64,000 bases of DNA from positions 53,422-117,421 of the forward strand of contig JARRPG010000001.1 of the NCBI GenBank assembly GCA_037383085.1. The letters are read 5' to 3'. The notes below the pieces were generated by a model. The model ran no database searches, was not told where the DNA came from, and was given only the letters and a program-made list of their open reading frames with translations. Positions 55,292 to 64,000 of the stretch are shown piece by piece (positions within the stretch are counted from its first letter, which is position 1; each line of letters starts with the position of its first letter). Source of the stretch: Desulfuromonadales bacterium (GTDB lineage: Bacteria; Desulfobacterota; Desulfuromonadia; Desulfuromonadales; BM103). The translations under genes and the position numbers were made by a program.

Positions 55292-55727
55292 TCGCTGTCC
55301 GTCGGGGCGGCAACCGCCAGAGCTTTAACCTGTATCGTTTTCCCTGGTCACACCCGTTCCGGTTCTCTCTGTGCGGAGGGGTATCAGACGCAGGATGAGC
55401 AAACCGCTCAACAGCAACCCAACCAGCATGACAGCCCGCCAGAAAATCCGGTCGACCAGTACGTCGGCCGGGGCGGTGACCGCTGTGACAGTCTGATTCC
55501 AGGCATTCGATTCCAAGATCCGATTGGCTTCCGGCAGAGCGCACAGCAGGGATGGCTTGAATGATGCGCCATTATATCAGAATGACGGAAAAATTTGTCG
55601 GCGTGACCGAAAAGTCACCATTCCGACTGAAGGTTATCGGGGGGCAGGTCGATACAGCATGCGGTTTCAGCCAAACCCGATCGGCAGAACCACAAAGGAC
55701 GGTAGAGTCACGGCAACAATCCGTGGC

Positions 55728-57131
55728 TTAGAATCGCGCATTCCCGGGGGTCCGTGGAAAAGGGATCACGTCGCGCACGTTTTCCATGCCGGTGACATAC
55801 ATCAGGAACCGTTCGAAGCCGAGACCGAACCCGGCATGCGGGCAGCTGCCCCAGCGCCGGGTGTCGAGGTACCAGTCGAGGCTTTGCGGGATGATGTCGA
55901 AGGCGCGCATCTTTTGCTCGAGGATCTCCAGGCGTTCCTCCCGCTGGCTGCCGCCAATGATCTCGCCGACCTTCGGCACCAGTAGATCCATGGCCGCGAC
56001 GGTCTTGCCATCGTCATTCTGTCGCATGTAAAAGGCTTTGATGCCGGCCGGGTAATCGGTCACGAACAGGGGGCCACCGACGACGTGCTCGGTGAGGTAA
56101 CGTTCGTGCTCCGACTGCAGATCACAGCCCCAGGCGACCGGAAACTCAAAATCACGCCCGCTCTGCTCCAGGCTTTGGATCGCCTCGCTGTAGGTCATGG
56201 TCTGGAAAGGGGTGGCCACCACCTCTTCGAGACGGGCGATCAGGCTCCGGTCGACGAAGTTATTGAAGAACGCGAGGTCTTCCCGGCAATGTTCCAGGGC
56301 ATAAGAGACCATGAAACGGAAGAAGTCTTCGGCCAGGCGACAGTCGGCCGCAAGGTCGGCGAATGCGATTTCCGGTTCGATCATCCAGAACTCCGAGGCA
56401 TGCCGGCTGGTGTTCGAATTTTCAGCCCGGAAGGTCGGCCCGAAGGTATAGATATCGGTAAATGCGGTGGCGAACAGCTCACCCTGCAACTGGCCGCTGA
56501 CGGTCAGACCCGTTCGGGTACTGAAGAAGTCCTCGTGCCAGGCGATGCGCCCATCCGCGGTCGGCGGATTCTCCGGATCCAGGGTCGTGACCCGGAACAT
56601 CTCACCGGCCCCCTCGCAGTCATTGGCCGTGATGATCGGCGTATGCACATACAGAAAGCCGCGTTCCTGGAAGAAGGTATGCACGGCATGGGACAGCCGG
56701 CTGCGCACCCGGAACACGGCGCCGAAGGCATTGGTGCGCGGTCGCAGGTGGGCAATCGAACGCAGGAATTCGAATCCATGCCGTTTCTTCTGCAACGGGT
56801 AGGCGTCGTCCACCGGGCCATAGACGGTGATCGTCTCGGCGCGGACTTCCCAGCTCTGCCCCTCTCCCGGCGATGCCACTAGCGGACCGCGCACACCGAT
56901 ACAGCAGCCCGTACCGAGTGCCATGGCCGTATTGTAGGCCGGTGTCCCCTCGTCCACGACCAGCTGCAGGTTTTGCAGACAGGAGCCATCGTTCAGTGCC
57001 AGGAAGGCAACGCCCTTGCTGCGGCGGACGGTGCGCAGCCAGCCCTGGACAAAAACCGTCTCTCTGGGGACATTGGCGGCGAGGACATCCCTGACCCGGC
57101 TGCGATCACTGCGCCAATCGATCTGTTTCAT
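55728..57131 (-). CDS. asnS: Asparagine--tRNA ligase
   Basis: Near-colinear with E. coli AsnS as I recall it (…HLRPRTN…GAGEMFRV…[11 protein letters not shown]…GGSQREER…GFGLGFER…[10 protein letters not shown]). Confidence 0.93.
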   Translation of the reverse strand: MKQIDWRSDRSRVRDVLAANVPRETVFVQGWLRTVRRSKGVAFLALNDGSCLQNLQLVVDEGTPAYNTAMALGTGCCIGVRGPLVASPGEGQSWEVRAETITVYGPVDDAYPLQKKRHGFEFLRSIAHLRPRTNAFGAVFRVRSRLSHAVHTFFQERGFLYVHTPIITANDCEGAGEMFRVTTLDPENPPTADGRIAWHEDFFSTRTGLTVSGQLQGELFATAFTDIYTFGPTFRAENSNTSRHASEFWMIEPEIAFADLAADCRLAEDFFRFMVSYALEHCREDLAFFNNFVDRSLIARLEEVVATPFQTMTYSEAIQSLEQSGRDFEFPVAWGCDLQSEHERYLTEHVVGGPLFVTDYPAGIKAFYMRQNDDGKTVAAMDLLVPKVGEIIGGSQREERLEILEQKMRAFDIIPQSLDWYLDTRRWGSCPHAGFGLGFERFLMYVTGMENVRDVIPFPRTPGNARF

Positions 57132-57163
57132 ACGGACACCTCGCTGTTGCAGAGATAAGACCT

Positions 57164-58750
57164 TTAGTCGTGTTCGCGGGTTTTTGCAAAGAGGATCTCA
57201 GGCCACTGTTCCATGACGTAACCGAGTCGCCATTCGCTCGGTGCCAGGTAGCTCAAGTTTCCTTCCGCATCGATCGCCAGGTTGGCCTGATTCTTCTTTT
57301 CAAATTCGGCCTGTTTTTTCGGTTCAGGACTGCTGACCCAGCGGGCCGTAGCGTAATCGACGGGCTCATAGACGGCATCGACGCCGTACTCGTTGCGCAG
57401 ACGCTCCATCGTCACATCGAACTGCAGCACCCCCACTGCACCGACGATGTAGTCATTGCTGGCCAATGGCCGGAAGACCTGGATTGCGCCTTCTTCGGCG
57501 AGCTGTTGCAGGCCCTTGTCCAGCTGCTTCGCCTTGAGGGGAGACTTCAGGCGAACCCGCCGGAAATGCTCGGCTGCAAAACTGGGGATGCCGGTGAACT
57601 TGAGCAGCTCCTTGTCGGTAAAGGTATCGCCGACCTTGATGGTGCCGTGGTTGTGCAGGCCGATGATGTCCCCCGGATAGGCTTCTTCGACATGGGCCCG
57701 GTCCTGGGCCATGAAGATGATCGCCTTGGCCAGATTGACTTCCTTGCCGAGGCGGTGATGCCGAACCTTCATGCCGCGCTGGAAACGCCCGGAACAGATA
57801 CGCAAAAAGGCGATCCGGTCGCGGTGGGCCGGGTCCATGTTGGCCTGAACCTTGAAAACAAAGCCGGAGAAGGCCTCCTCTTCCGGGGACACCTCACGGC
57901 TCAGGGTCTGCCGCGGTCCCGGAGCGGGGGCCAGGTCGACCAGGGCATCGAGCAGTTCCTCGACACCGAAGTTGTTGATCGCGCTGCCGAAAAAAACCGG
58001 CGTCTGGTTGCCCTTGAGATACTCGTCGAGCACGAAGGGATTGGCCGCCCCTTCGAGCAGGGCAACATCCTCGCGCAGCTCATCGGCGGCACTGCCGAGC
58101 AGTTCATCGAGCTGGCCGTCATCGAGGTCGTGGATCACCTGAACCTGATCGGTGCGACGTTCCTCTCCGGCCCGGAACAGGCGCAGCTCCTTGCGGTAAA
58201 GACTGTAAACGCCCTTGAATCGCTTGCCCATACCGATCGGCCAGGACATCGGAGCGCACTCGATTTGCAGTTTGTCTTCGATATCCGCCAGCAGATCGAG
58301 AGGAGGCTGGCCTTCCCGATCCATCTTGTTGATAAAGGTGATCACCGGGGTGTTGCGCATACGGCAGACCGCCATCAGTTTTTCGGTCTGCGCTTCGACT
58401 CCCTTGGCACTGTCAATCACCATCAGGGCGCTGTCCACGGCGGTCAGGACCCGGTAGGTATCTTCCGAAAAATCCTGGTGTCCCGGGGTGTCCAGTAGGT
58501 TGATCTCGCAATCCCGATGACCGAACTTCATCACCGACGTGGTCACCGAGATGCCCCGCTCCTGCTCCACTTTCATCCAGTCACTGGTGGCATGACGGGC
58601 AGCCTTGCGCGCCTTGATCGCACCCGCCATCTGAATGGCGCCGCCGAACAACAAGAGTTTTTCCGTCAGGGTGGTCTTGCCGGCATCCGGATGGCTGATG
58701 ATGCCGAAAGTCCTGCGTCGTTTGATTTCCTCGATGAAACGTTGGCTCAC
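57164..58750 (-). CDS. prfC: Peptide chain release factor 3
   Basis: [23 protein letters not shown]-domain, DTPGHQDF, and overall RF3 length of 528 aa. Confidence 0.93.
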   Translation of the reverse strand: MSQRFIEEIKRRRTFGIISHPDAGKTTLTEKLLLFGGAIQMAGAIKARKAARHATSDWMKVEQERGISVTTSVMKFGHRDCEINLLDTPGHQDFSEDTYRVLTAVDSALMVIDSAKGVEAQTEKLMAVCRMRNTPVITFINKMDREGQPPLDLLADIEDKLQIECAPMSWPIGMGKRFKGVYSLYRKELRLFRAGEERRTDQVQVIHDLDDGQLDELLGSAADELREDVALLEGAANPFVLDEYLKGNQTPVFFGSAINNFGVEELLDALVDLAPAPGPRQTLSREVSPEEEAFSGFVFKVQANMDPAHRDRIAFLRICSGRFQRGMKVRHHRLGKEVNLAKAIIFMAQDRAHVEEAYPGDIIGLHNHGTIKVGDTFTDKELLKFTGIPSFAAEHFRRVRLKSPLKAKQLDKGLQQLAEEGAIQVFRPLASNDYIVGAVGVLQFDVTMERLRNEYGVDAVYEPVDYATARWVSSPEPKKQAEFEKKNQANLAIDAEGNLSYLAPSEWRLGYVMEQWPEILFAKTREHD

Positions 58751-58856
58751 ACAGATCCTCTCGAACAGATTGGCACGTCAAAAGTCTTCACAAAAAAACG
58801 GGCGCGCGGCCCGTTGCAGAGATGACATCCTAACGCATCTCCGATTGGCAGGTCAA

Positions 58857-60734
58857 TCAGTCGGTGCTCCCCGCCGGACCGCTACTGTTCGCAACCGGAA
58901 CCTCCGGCAGGATGATGGTCACTTTCGTGCCGCGGCCCGGTTGGCTGCTGACCTGGATCTCGCCGTTATGCGCCCGCACGATATGCCTCACGAGGCTCAT
59001 GCCCAGGCCGACGCCCGGCACGGCCGTATCGGAGCTGTCGGCACGATAGAAGCGATCGAAGAGATGGGCGACTTCTTCCTTGTTCATACCGATCCCTTCA
59101 TCACCCACCACGATCCGATAACCCTTGTCCTGGCGTTTCAGGAACACGCTGATGCGGCCGCCGCCGGGAGAATATTTGACCGCATTGCAGATCAGGTGAT
59201 CGAGCACCTGGTCAATACGCTCCCGATCGGCACAAATCGATGCCTCCCCGCTTGGCAGGACGACGTCGAAGGTGTGTTCCCGGGTCTTGGCTTCGAAACG
59301 GGAGACGACTTCGCGGGCCTTTCGATTCAGGTCGAACTGATGGTAATTGAGCGGCAGAGGACGTCCCGATTCGACGCGACTGATATCGAGCAAGTCGTCG
59401 ACCAGTCGGCCCAGTGCCAGGGCCTTGGCGTGAATCATCTGCAAAAATTCATCGATCTGTGCGGAAGTGAACTCCCTAGCCGTTTCAGCGCCGGTCAGCA
59501 GTTCGGTATAGCCGATGATCGTTGTCAGGGGTGTATTCAGCTCGTGGGCGGCCATACCGAGAAAAGCGCTCTTCATCTGTTCGATCTCCCGCTCCCGGGT
59601 GACATCGCGGATCAGCATGACGATCCCGGAGGGAGCCGCCGTCTCAGGCATGAATTGCGAGAGCCGCACCTGGTAGACACAGGTTTCATGGGTACCGCAC
59701 GGCAGTTCAATATCAAAGGGTTGTGGCACGTCGTCGCGGTTGAGCCGCTCGGCCACTTCCTTGCCGAAATCAACATGGCGGCTCAGTGTCGCGATCGAGG
59801 CTCCGAGCACCTGTTCCATGGAGGTTTCGAGAATCGTCTCGGCAGCGGCATTGATGTGCAGGACCTGCAGACGGTTGTCGGCCACGATCACCCCGTCCGG
59901 AACCGAACGCAGGATTGCACTGAGTTTTCCCCGGTCGACTCGGATATCTTCAAGGGCCGCCGTTAGGGCTTGCTGGGTCTGGACGCGCTCGTTGATCTGC
60001 TCGGTCAGCAGGGTGTTGGCATTCTGCAATTCACGCGTGCGTTCCACGACTTTCTGTTCCAGGTCCTCGTAAGCCTGTTGCAGCGCCAGCTCCGCCGCAT
60101 CGCGTTCCCGGAAACTGGCATGGGCCCGATAGAGGGCAATGAAAATGGCCACCAGGAAGCCGCAGGACATCAGGACGATGGCAAGATGAGAGCGTATCGA
60201 CAGCGTTCTGACCTGGTCGACACTTTGCGTGACATCGTAATAAACCTCGAAGGCCCCACCGAAGACATCGTCGGCCAGGAATGGCACGTAGGTTTCGACA
60301 ATGTCCACCTGGGTGGTATCGCCCTCTGCGGTCTGGCTGTCTTTGCGAACGACCTTCGAGTAGACCTGGCCTTCGGCAACGGTCTCGCGGAAATAATCGC
60401 GCGTGTTGATCGTGCCGACTTCCTCTGGCTTGGTGGAGAAGATGATTTCCCCAGATGCGGAGAAAATCCGCAGTTTGATCAGCTGGGTGTCACGGCTGAC
60501 CGGTCGCAGTCTGTCCAGGAGATTGTCCGGCAGAGTAGCCTGGGTGAAAATGCGGTTTTCCAGGCCGAGGGTGCGCACCATGTAGCTGGCATAGCGAACC
60601 GCCTCTTTTTCCGTCTCGCTGGTGATCAGCTGCTGGTAAGCGGGATGGACAAACAGGAATTCGTAAGCCGGCAGGGCAATCGCCAGGGCCAGGGACAGCA
60701 GCAGCAGATTGCGGATCAATTTATAGCGCAGCAT
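58857..60734 (-). CDS. Membrane-anchored PAS sensor histidine kinase
   Basis: Start at the ATG at 60734 (MLRYKLIRNLLLLSLALAIALPA...). Periplasmic-type sensor domain, second TM helix, PAS, H-box AAHELNTPL, and G-boxes DEGIGM and GVGLGMS. Confidence 0.85.
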   Translation of the reverse strand: MLRYKLIRNLLLLSLALAIALPAYEFLFVHPAYQQLITSETEKEAVRYASYMVRTLGLENRIFTQATLPDNLLDRLRPVSRDTQLIKLRIFSASGEIIFSTKPEEVGTINTRDYFRETVAEGQVYSKVVRKDSQTAEGDTTQVDIVETYVPFLADDVFGGAFEVYYDVTQSVDQVRTLSIRSHLAIVLMSCGFLVAIFIALYRAHASFRERDAAELALQQAYEDLEQKVVERTRELQNANTLLTEQINERVQTQQALTAALEDIRVDRGKLSAILRSVPDGVIVADNRLQVLHINAAAETILETSMEQVLGASIATLSRHVDFGKEVAERLNRDDVPQPFDIELPCGTHETCVYQVRLSQFMPETAAPSGIVMLIRDVTREREIEQMKSAFLGMAAHELNTPLTTIIGYTELLTGAETAREFTSAQIDEFLQMIHAKALALGRLVDDLLDISRVESGRPLPLNYHQFDLNRKAREVVSRFEAKTREHTFDVVLPSGEASICADRERIDQVLDHLICNAVKYSPGGGRISVFLKRQDKGYRIVVGDEGIGMNKEEVAHLFDRFYRADSSDTAVPGVGLGMSLVRHIVRAHNGEIQVSSQPGRGTKVTIILPEVPVANSSGPAGSTD

Positions 60735-60903
60735 GGGAATGACCTTGCCCGAACGACCGGGAGGAAAACATGGGCTGAATATACAATGAATCGATTGACA
60801 GGTCCAAGGTCTATCTCGGTTTCTCCTGGAGGCCACAGTGGTCTGATTTCTCCTTGCTACAGTGATCAGCTGTGGCATAATCCGCCCGAGGGGAGAACGA
60901 TTC

Positions 60904-62400
60904 ATGCAACGAGCGAGCGGCATTCTGCTCCATCCAACAGCCCTGCCGGGACCTGGCCCGATCGGTGATTTCGGCCCCGAGGCCTTCGCCTTTGTCGATT
61001 TCCTGGCCGCCGCCGGGCAGAGTGTCTGGCAGATCCTGCCCCTGGGGCCGACGGGTTACGGTCATTCCCCTTACAACGCGCTGTCGGCCTTTGCCGGCAA
61101 CCCGGCACTAATTGACCTCCGGCAGCTGATCGACTGCGGTGACCTCGACAGCAGCCGGACCGGGCGGCTGTATGCAACCGGTGAGGCAACCGATTTCGAT
61201 CAGGGACATCGGCTCAAGCAGTGCTTGCTGCAGGACGCCGCGCAGAACTTCTGGAGCCGGCAGAGGTCTTCCCGGCACGATGAATTTGTTGCTTTTTGTG
61301 CCGCAAAGGCTGACTGGTTGGAAGATTTCAGCCTGTACATGGCACTCAAGGAGACCTTCGCCGAACAGGCCTGGCACCAATGGCCACAGGGTCTGCGCCG
61401 GCGTGACCCGGAAGAGCTGACCGGATGGCGCGCCCGTCTGGCCGATGAATGCCGCGTCCACGCGTATCAGCAGTTTGTTTTTGAAGGCCAGTGGCAGACC
61501 CTGAAAAACTACGCCAACCGGCATGGTGTCCAAATCTTCGGTGACCTGCCGATTTTCGTCGCCTACGATTCGGCCGAGGTCTGGGCCAACCAGCACCTCT
61601 TTCGGCTCGACGCCGAGGGCCGGCCGCTGGTCGTTGCCGGTGTGCCGCCGGATTATTTCAGCCGAACCGGCCAGCGCTGGGGCAACCCGCTGTATTGCTG
61701 GTCCGCGCACCAGCAGGACGGCTTCTCCTGGTGGCTGCGCCGATTCGCCCAAAAATTGCAGCGCTGCGATCTGATCCGTGTCGATCATTTCCGCGGCTTT
61801 CAGGCCTGCTGGGTCATCCCGGCAACCGAGTCAACCGCTATCAACGGCCACTGGGAAGAAACGCCCGGTGATCAACTCTTTGCCACTCTGCAGCAGAAGT
61901 GGCCGACACTGCCGATCGTCGCCGAAGACCTGGGCCTGATCACGGCTGAGGTGACCGCCCTGCGGGACCGTTTCAACCTGCCGGGGATGTGTGTTCTGCA
62001 GTTCGCCTTCGATGGCAGCCCGGACAACCCCTACCTGCCGGAGAACCAGATTCAAAACAGCGTCATCTATACCGGCACCCACGACAACGACACGACCCTG
62101 GGCTGGTGGCGCAGTTTATCCCCGAAAGACCGTCGTCGGGTCAGCGCATACCTTGATGAGGACACCCCGGATATGCCCTGGGCGCTGATGCGCCTGGCCT
62201 TGTCGAGTGTCGCCGACTTGTGTATTCTGCCCTGCCAGGACATCCTGGAATGCGACAGTGCGGCGCGCTTCAACATGCCGGGACGCGCCACCGGCAACTG
62301 GCAGTGGCGTCTGCACGAGGGCCTGCTGACGCAGTCGCTGGCGGAGCGGCTGCGGGTTCTGACAGAGACGTATCAGCGCGTCCCTGACGGTAAGACTTGA
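60904..62400 (+). CDS. malQ: 4-alpha-glucanotransferase (amylomaltase)
   Basis: ASGILLHPTALPGP..GIGDFG, DHFRGF, YTGTHDNDT. The ATG at 60904 has a GGGGAG RBS. Confidence 0.9.
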   Translation: MQRASGILLHPTALPGPGPIGDFGPEAFAFVDFLAAAGQSVWQILPLGPTGYGHSPYNALSAFAGNPALIDLRQLIDCGDLDSSRTGRLYATGEATDFDQGHRLKQCLLQDAAQNFWSRQRSSRHDEFVAFCAAKADWLEDFSLYMALKETFAEQAWHQWPQGLRRRDPEELTGWRARLADECRVHAYQQFVFEGQWQTLKNYANRHGVQIFGDLPIFVAYDSAEVWANQHLFRLDAEGRPLVVAGVPPDYFSRTGQRWGNPLYCWSAHQQDGFSWWLRRFAQKLQRCDLIRVDHFRGFQACWVIPATESTAINGHWEETPGDQLFATLQQKWPTLPIVAEDLGLITAEVTALRDRFNLPGMCVLQFAFDGSPDNPYLPENQIQNSVIYTGTHDNDTTLGWWRSLSPKDRRRVSAYLDEDTPDMPWALMRLALSSVADLCILPCQDILECDSAARFNMPGRATGNWQWRLHEGLLTQSLAERLRVLTETYQRVPDGKT

Positions 62401-62502
62401 TGTCGTCCGAGCGATTGTGATATAAGTTCGCCCTGGTCATTTCACCTGGAAACAAAGCGGGCCATCGCCCGGAAAAACCACTCAAAATCGGAGGATTGCA
62501 TA

Positions 62503-63327
62503 GTGAAGCTTCTGGTAACCGTACTCTGTATCGCCCTGTTCGCCCTGACCTCTTTGTCCGGCTGCAAAGAAGAGAGCAAGCCGGCCCAAACCCAGGCCGC
62601 AAAACCGTCCGCCCAGACGGCGCCGGCGGCACCTGCAGCCCCCGCAGCTCCGGCGTCACCTGCCAGCGCAACCGGCAAGAGCGGTAAGGTCGTGGAAACC
62701 ATGAATGCCGCCGGATACACCTATGTCAAGGTCGATACCGGCTCGGAAACCTTGTGGGCTGCTGCACCCGAGTTTGTCGTCAAGGTTGACGACGAAGTGA
62801 TTGTCCCGGAAGGGATGCCGATGAAGGACTACCACAGCAAGACCCTGGACCGGACCTTCGACACTGTTTACTTCGTTCCCGCGGTGATGGTCGGTGGCGC
62901 GGACGCTATGGCCGCAGTGCCTGAGGGTCATCCACCAATGACCGGAGAGACGAGCGGTGCCGACCGGACCAAGGTGAGTGCCACCGATGTCGACCTGACC
63001 GGGATCACCCCCGTTGAAGGCGGCCAGACTGTGGCAGACGTCTATGCCAAGAAGGCCGAACTGACCGGCCAGGAAATCACCCTGCGCGGCAAGGTCGTCA
63101 AGTTCAGCCCCGGCATCATGGGCAAGAACTGGATTCACATTCAGGACGGAACCGGCACTGACGGTGCCAACGATTTGACCGTCACCACCTTACCGGCCAC
63201 CGTTGCCAAACCGGGTGACACGGTGGTCATCAGCGGCGTTTTGCAAGCCGACAAGGACTTTGGTTACGGCTACGCCTACGATGTGATCGTCGAAGACGCC
63301 GATGTCAAGGTTGAGCCCGCGGAGTAA
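62503..63327 (+). CDS. Lipoprotein with a Pro/Ala-rich linker and two OB-like repeats
   Basis: GTG start with a GGAGGA RBS. Lipobox LSGC and linker PAQTQAAKPSAQTAPAAPAAPAAPASPA. The two halves share the pattern GKVV(E/K)...(Y/W)(V/I)(K/H)(V/I)(D/Q)(T/D)G(S/T)...V(K/A)(V/K)(D/P)(D/G)(E/D)V(I/V)(V/I). Confidence 0.6.
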   Translation: MKLLVTVLCIALFALTSLSGCKEESKPAQTQAAKPSAQTAPAAPAAPAAPASPASATGKSGKVVETMNAAGYTYVKVDTGSETLWAAAPEFVVKVDDEVIVPEGMPMKDYHSKTLDRTFDTVYFVPAVMVGGADAMAAVPEGHPPMTGETSGADRTKVSATDVDLTGITPVEGGQTVADVYAKKAELTGQEITLRGKVVKFSPGIMGKNWIHIQDGTGTDGANDLTVTTLPATVAKPGDTVVISGVLQADKDFGYGYAYDVIVEDADVKVEPAE

Positions 63328-63364
63328 TTGCGCCGCAGGCACCATCATCCGTACATCACTCACG

Positions 63365-63395
63365 GGGGACACAAATGATTTGTGTCCCCTTTTTC
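63365..63395 (+). terminator. Rho-independent terminator after the lipoprotein gene
   Basis: GGGGACACAAA-tga-TTTGTGTCCCC followed by TTTTT. Confidence 0.85.
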
Positions 63396-63457
63396 ATTTC
63401 CTTTTCATTTTCCGGCCGACACTGCTGCATAACCCATATTGCTATCTCGCGTCGCCA

Positions 63458-63485
63458 TTGACACGGCCGCCGGCAATGGTATCCT
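63458..63485 (+). promoter_or_regulatory. Candidate sigma-70 promoter for the terminal hydrolase gene
   Basis: TTGACA-N16-TATCCT, about 45 nt upstream of the ATG at 63530. Confidence 0.4.
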
Positions 63486-63529
63486 AGTAAAAGATTTTTC
63501 CTGTGAATCAAGGCACTTAAACGATCGCA

Positions 63530-64000
63530 ATGACCCTCAAAACACGGCATATGGATTGTTCCGAAACGCATCCCGGCTGTCGCGCCCTGCGTGAGGCTGC
63601 GCGCCGCAGCGGCGTCGCCGATGCGGACAACCTGCCGTTCATATACCAGCCGCAGCAGGCCACCCTGGCCGCTCTCCTGGTGCACGGCTTTACCGCGACC
63701 CCTTGGGAGATGCGACCGCTGGCCGAATTTCTCGCCGAAGCCGGTATTGCCAGCCTGGCCGTGCGCCTGCCTGGCCACGGCACCTCGCCGGAAGACCTCG
63801 CCCGACGCAGCTGGCAGGAATGGCAGGCCTCTGTCACGGAAGGCTACCGGCTGCTGGCGGCCGACTATCCAACGGTTTTCGGCATGGGCATGAGCACCGG
63901 CTGCCTGCTGTTGCTTATCACAGCCCTCGAACAGGATTATCATGGGCTGGTGCTCTTTTCCCCATACCTGCGCATCCGGCACAAACTGGCCTCTTATGCC
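63530..64000 (+). CDS. Alpha/beta hydrolase (esterase/lipase-type), N-terminal 157 codons; runs off the right edge
   Basis: Not in the ORF track (no stop in window). Manual translation gives MTLKTRHMDCSETHPGCRALREAARRSGVADADNLPFIYQPQQATLAALLVHGFTATPWEMRPLAEFLAEAGIASLAVRLPGHGTSPEDL...FGMGMSTGC (GxSxG). Confidence 0.7.
   Translation, partial: MTLKTRHMDCSETHPGCRALREAARRSGVADADNLPFIYQPQQATLAALLVHGFTATPWEMRPLAEFLAEAGIASLAVRLPGHGTSPEDLARRSWQEWQASVTEGYRLLAADYPTVFGMGMSTGCLLLLITALEQDYHGLVLFSPYLRIRHKLASYA

Noticed and set aside
55325-55516. 63-aa single-TM ORF upstream of the LssY-like gene
   Set aside because: It has a TTG start, a weak RBS and no recognisable family. It is mentioned in the cluster finding but not called as a feature.
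53939-60968. Long plus-strand ORFs 53939..55564, 56085..56882, 57170..58498, 58635..59966 and 59970..60968
   Set aside because: Each is antisense to a confidently identified minus-strand gene (LssY-like, asnS, prfC, histidine kinase).
63356-63982. 208-aa minus-strand ORF at the right edge
   Set aside because: The plus-strand frame from the ATG at 63530 gives a clean alpha/beta-hydrolase N-terminus (HGF...GHG...GMSTG). It is absent from the ORF track only because it lacks a stop in the window. The minus-strand ORF is its shadow.
1-64000. Search for mobile elements, prophage, defence systems, CRISPR, rRNA and tRNA
   Set aside because: I recognised no transposase, integrase, phage structural, restriction/modification, Cas or toxin-antitoxin signatures in any frame. 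I also saw no tRNA-like cloverleaf or rRNA-like segments. Only short REP-like palindromes are present.

Overview
High-GC (roughly 58-60% by eye) chromosomal segment. The gene content and style (many sigma-54 enhancer-binding proteins, PAS histidine kinases, CGCAAAG-type intergenic palindromes) suggest a Desulfuromonadales/Geobacter-like deltaproteobacterium; that taxonomic guess is inference only. I can support about 57 protein-coding genes. I found no rRNA, tRNA, CRISPR array, transposase, integrase or prophage genes. Housekeeping genes: polA, lon, glsA, trpS, proC, asnS, prfC, malQ. Transport genes: a DUF485-ActP pair, three EamA/DMT genes, a MATE-like gene, LivKHMGF-type ABC transporter, TctCBA, and an orphan TAXI binding protein. 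The most interesting part is a roughly 17-kb co-directional minus-strand block (17.9-34.4 kb). In transcription order it holds a sigma-54 activator, LivKHMGF-type amino-acid ABC importer, tandem-Usp protein, a paralogous sigma-54 activator, a CsaA-like protein, a glycyl radical enzyme, its activase, P5C dehydrogenase and proline dehydrogenase. The active-site residues of the glycyl radical enzyme line up with trans-4-hydroxy-L-proline dehydratase (HypD). I read two textbook -24/-12 promoters (TGGCAT-N5-TTGCT) and a recurring 14-nt motif, ATGCAA-N5-CAT, directly from the sequence. A motif copy sits about 218-219 bp upstream of each of these two promoters, and further copies lie in front of the distal activator gene. 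This suggests a sigma-54-wired route from hydroxyproline/proline through P5C to glutamate, which differs from the reductive (P5C reductase) context in which HypD is normally discussed. Other items worth a second look: a LarA (nickel-pincer racemase) homologue with no larBCE nearby, a gapdh-arsJ arsenate pair, a small secreted Gly/Gln/Asn-rich protein, a lipoprotein cluster (LssY-like, TAXI, PLD, alpha/beta hydrolase), an ActP with a roughly 180-residue inserted hydrophilic domain, REP/MITE-like palindromic elements, and an orphan intrinsic terminator that may mark an sRNA. All functional calls come from reading the translated ORFs and recalling family signatures. No database search was run.
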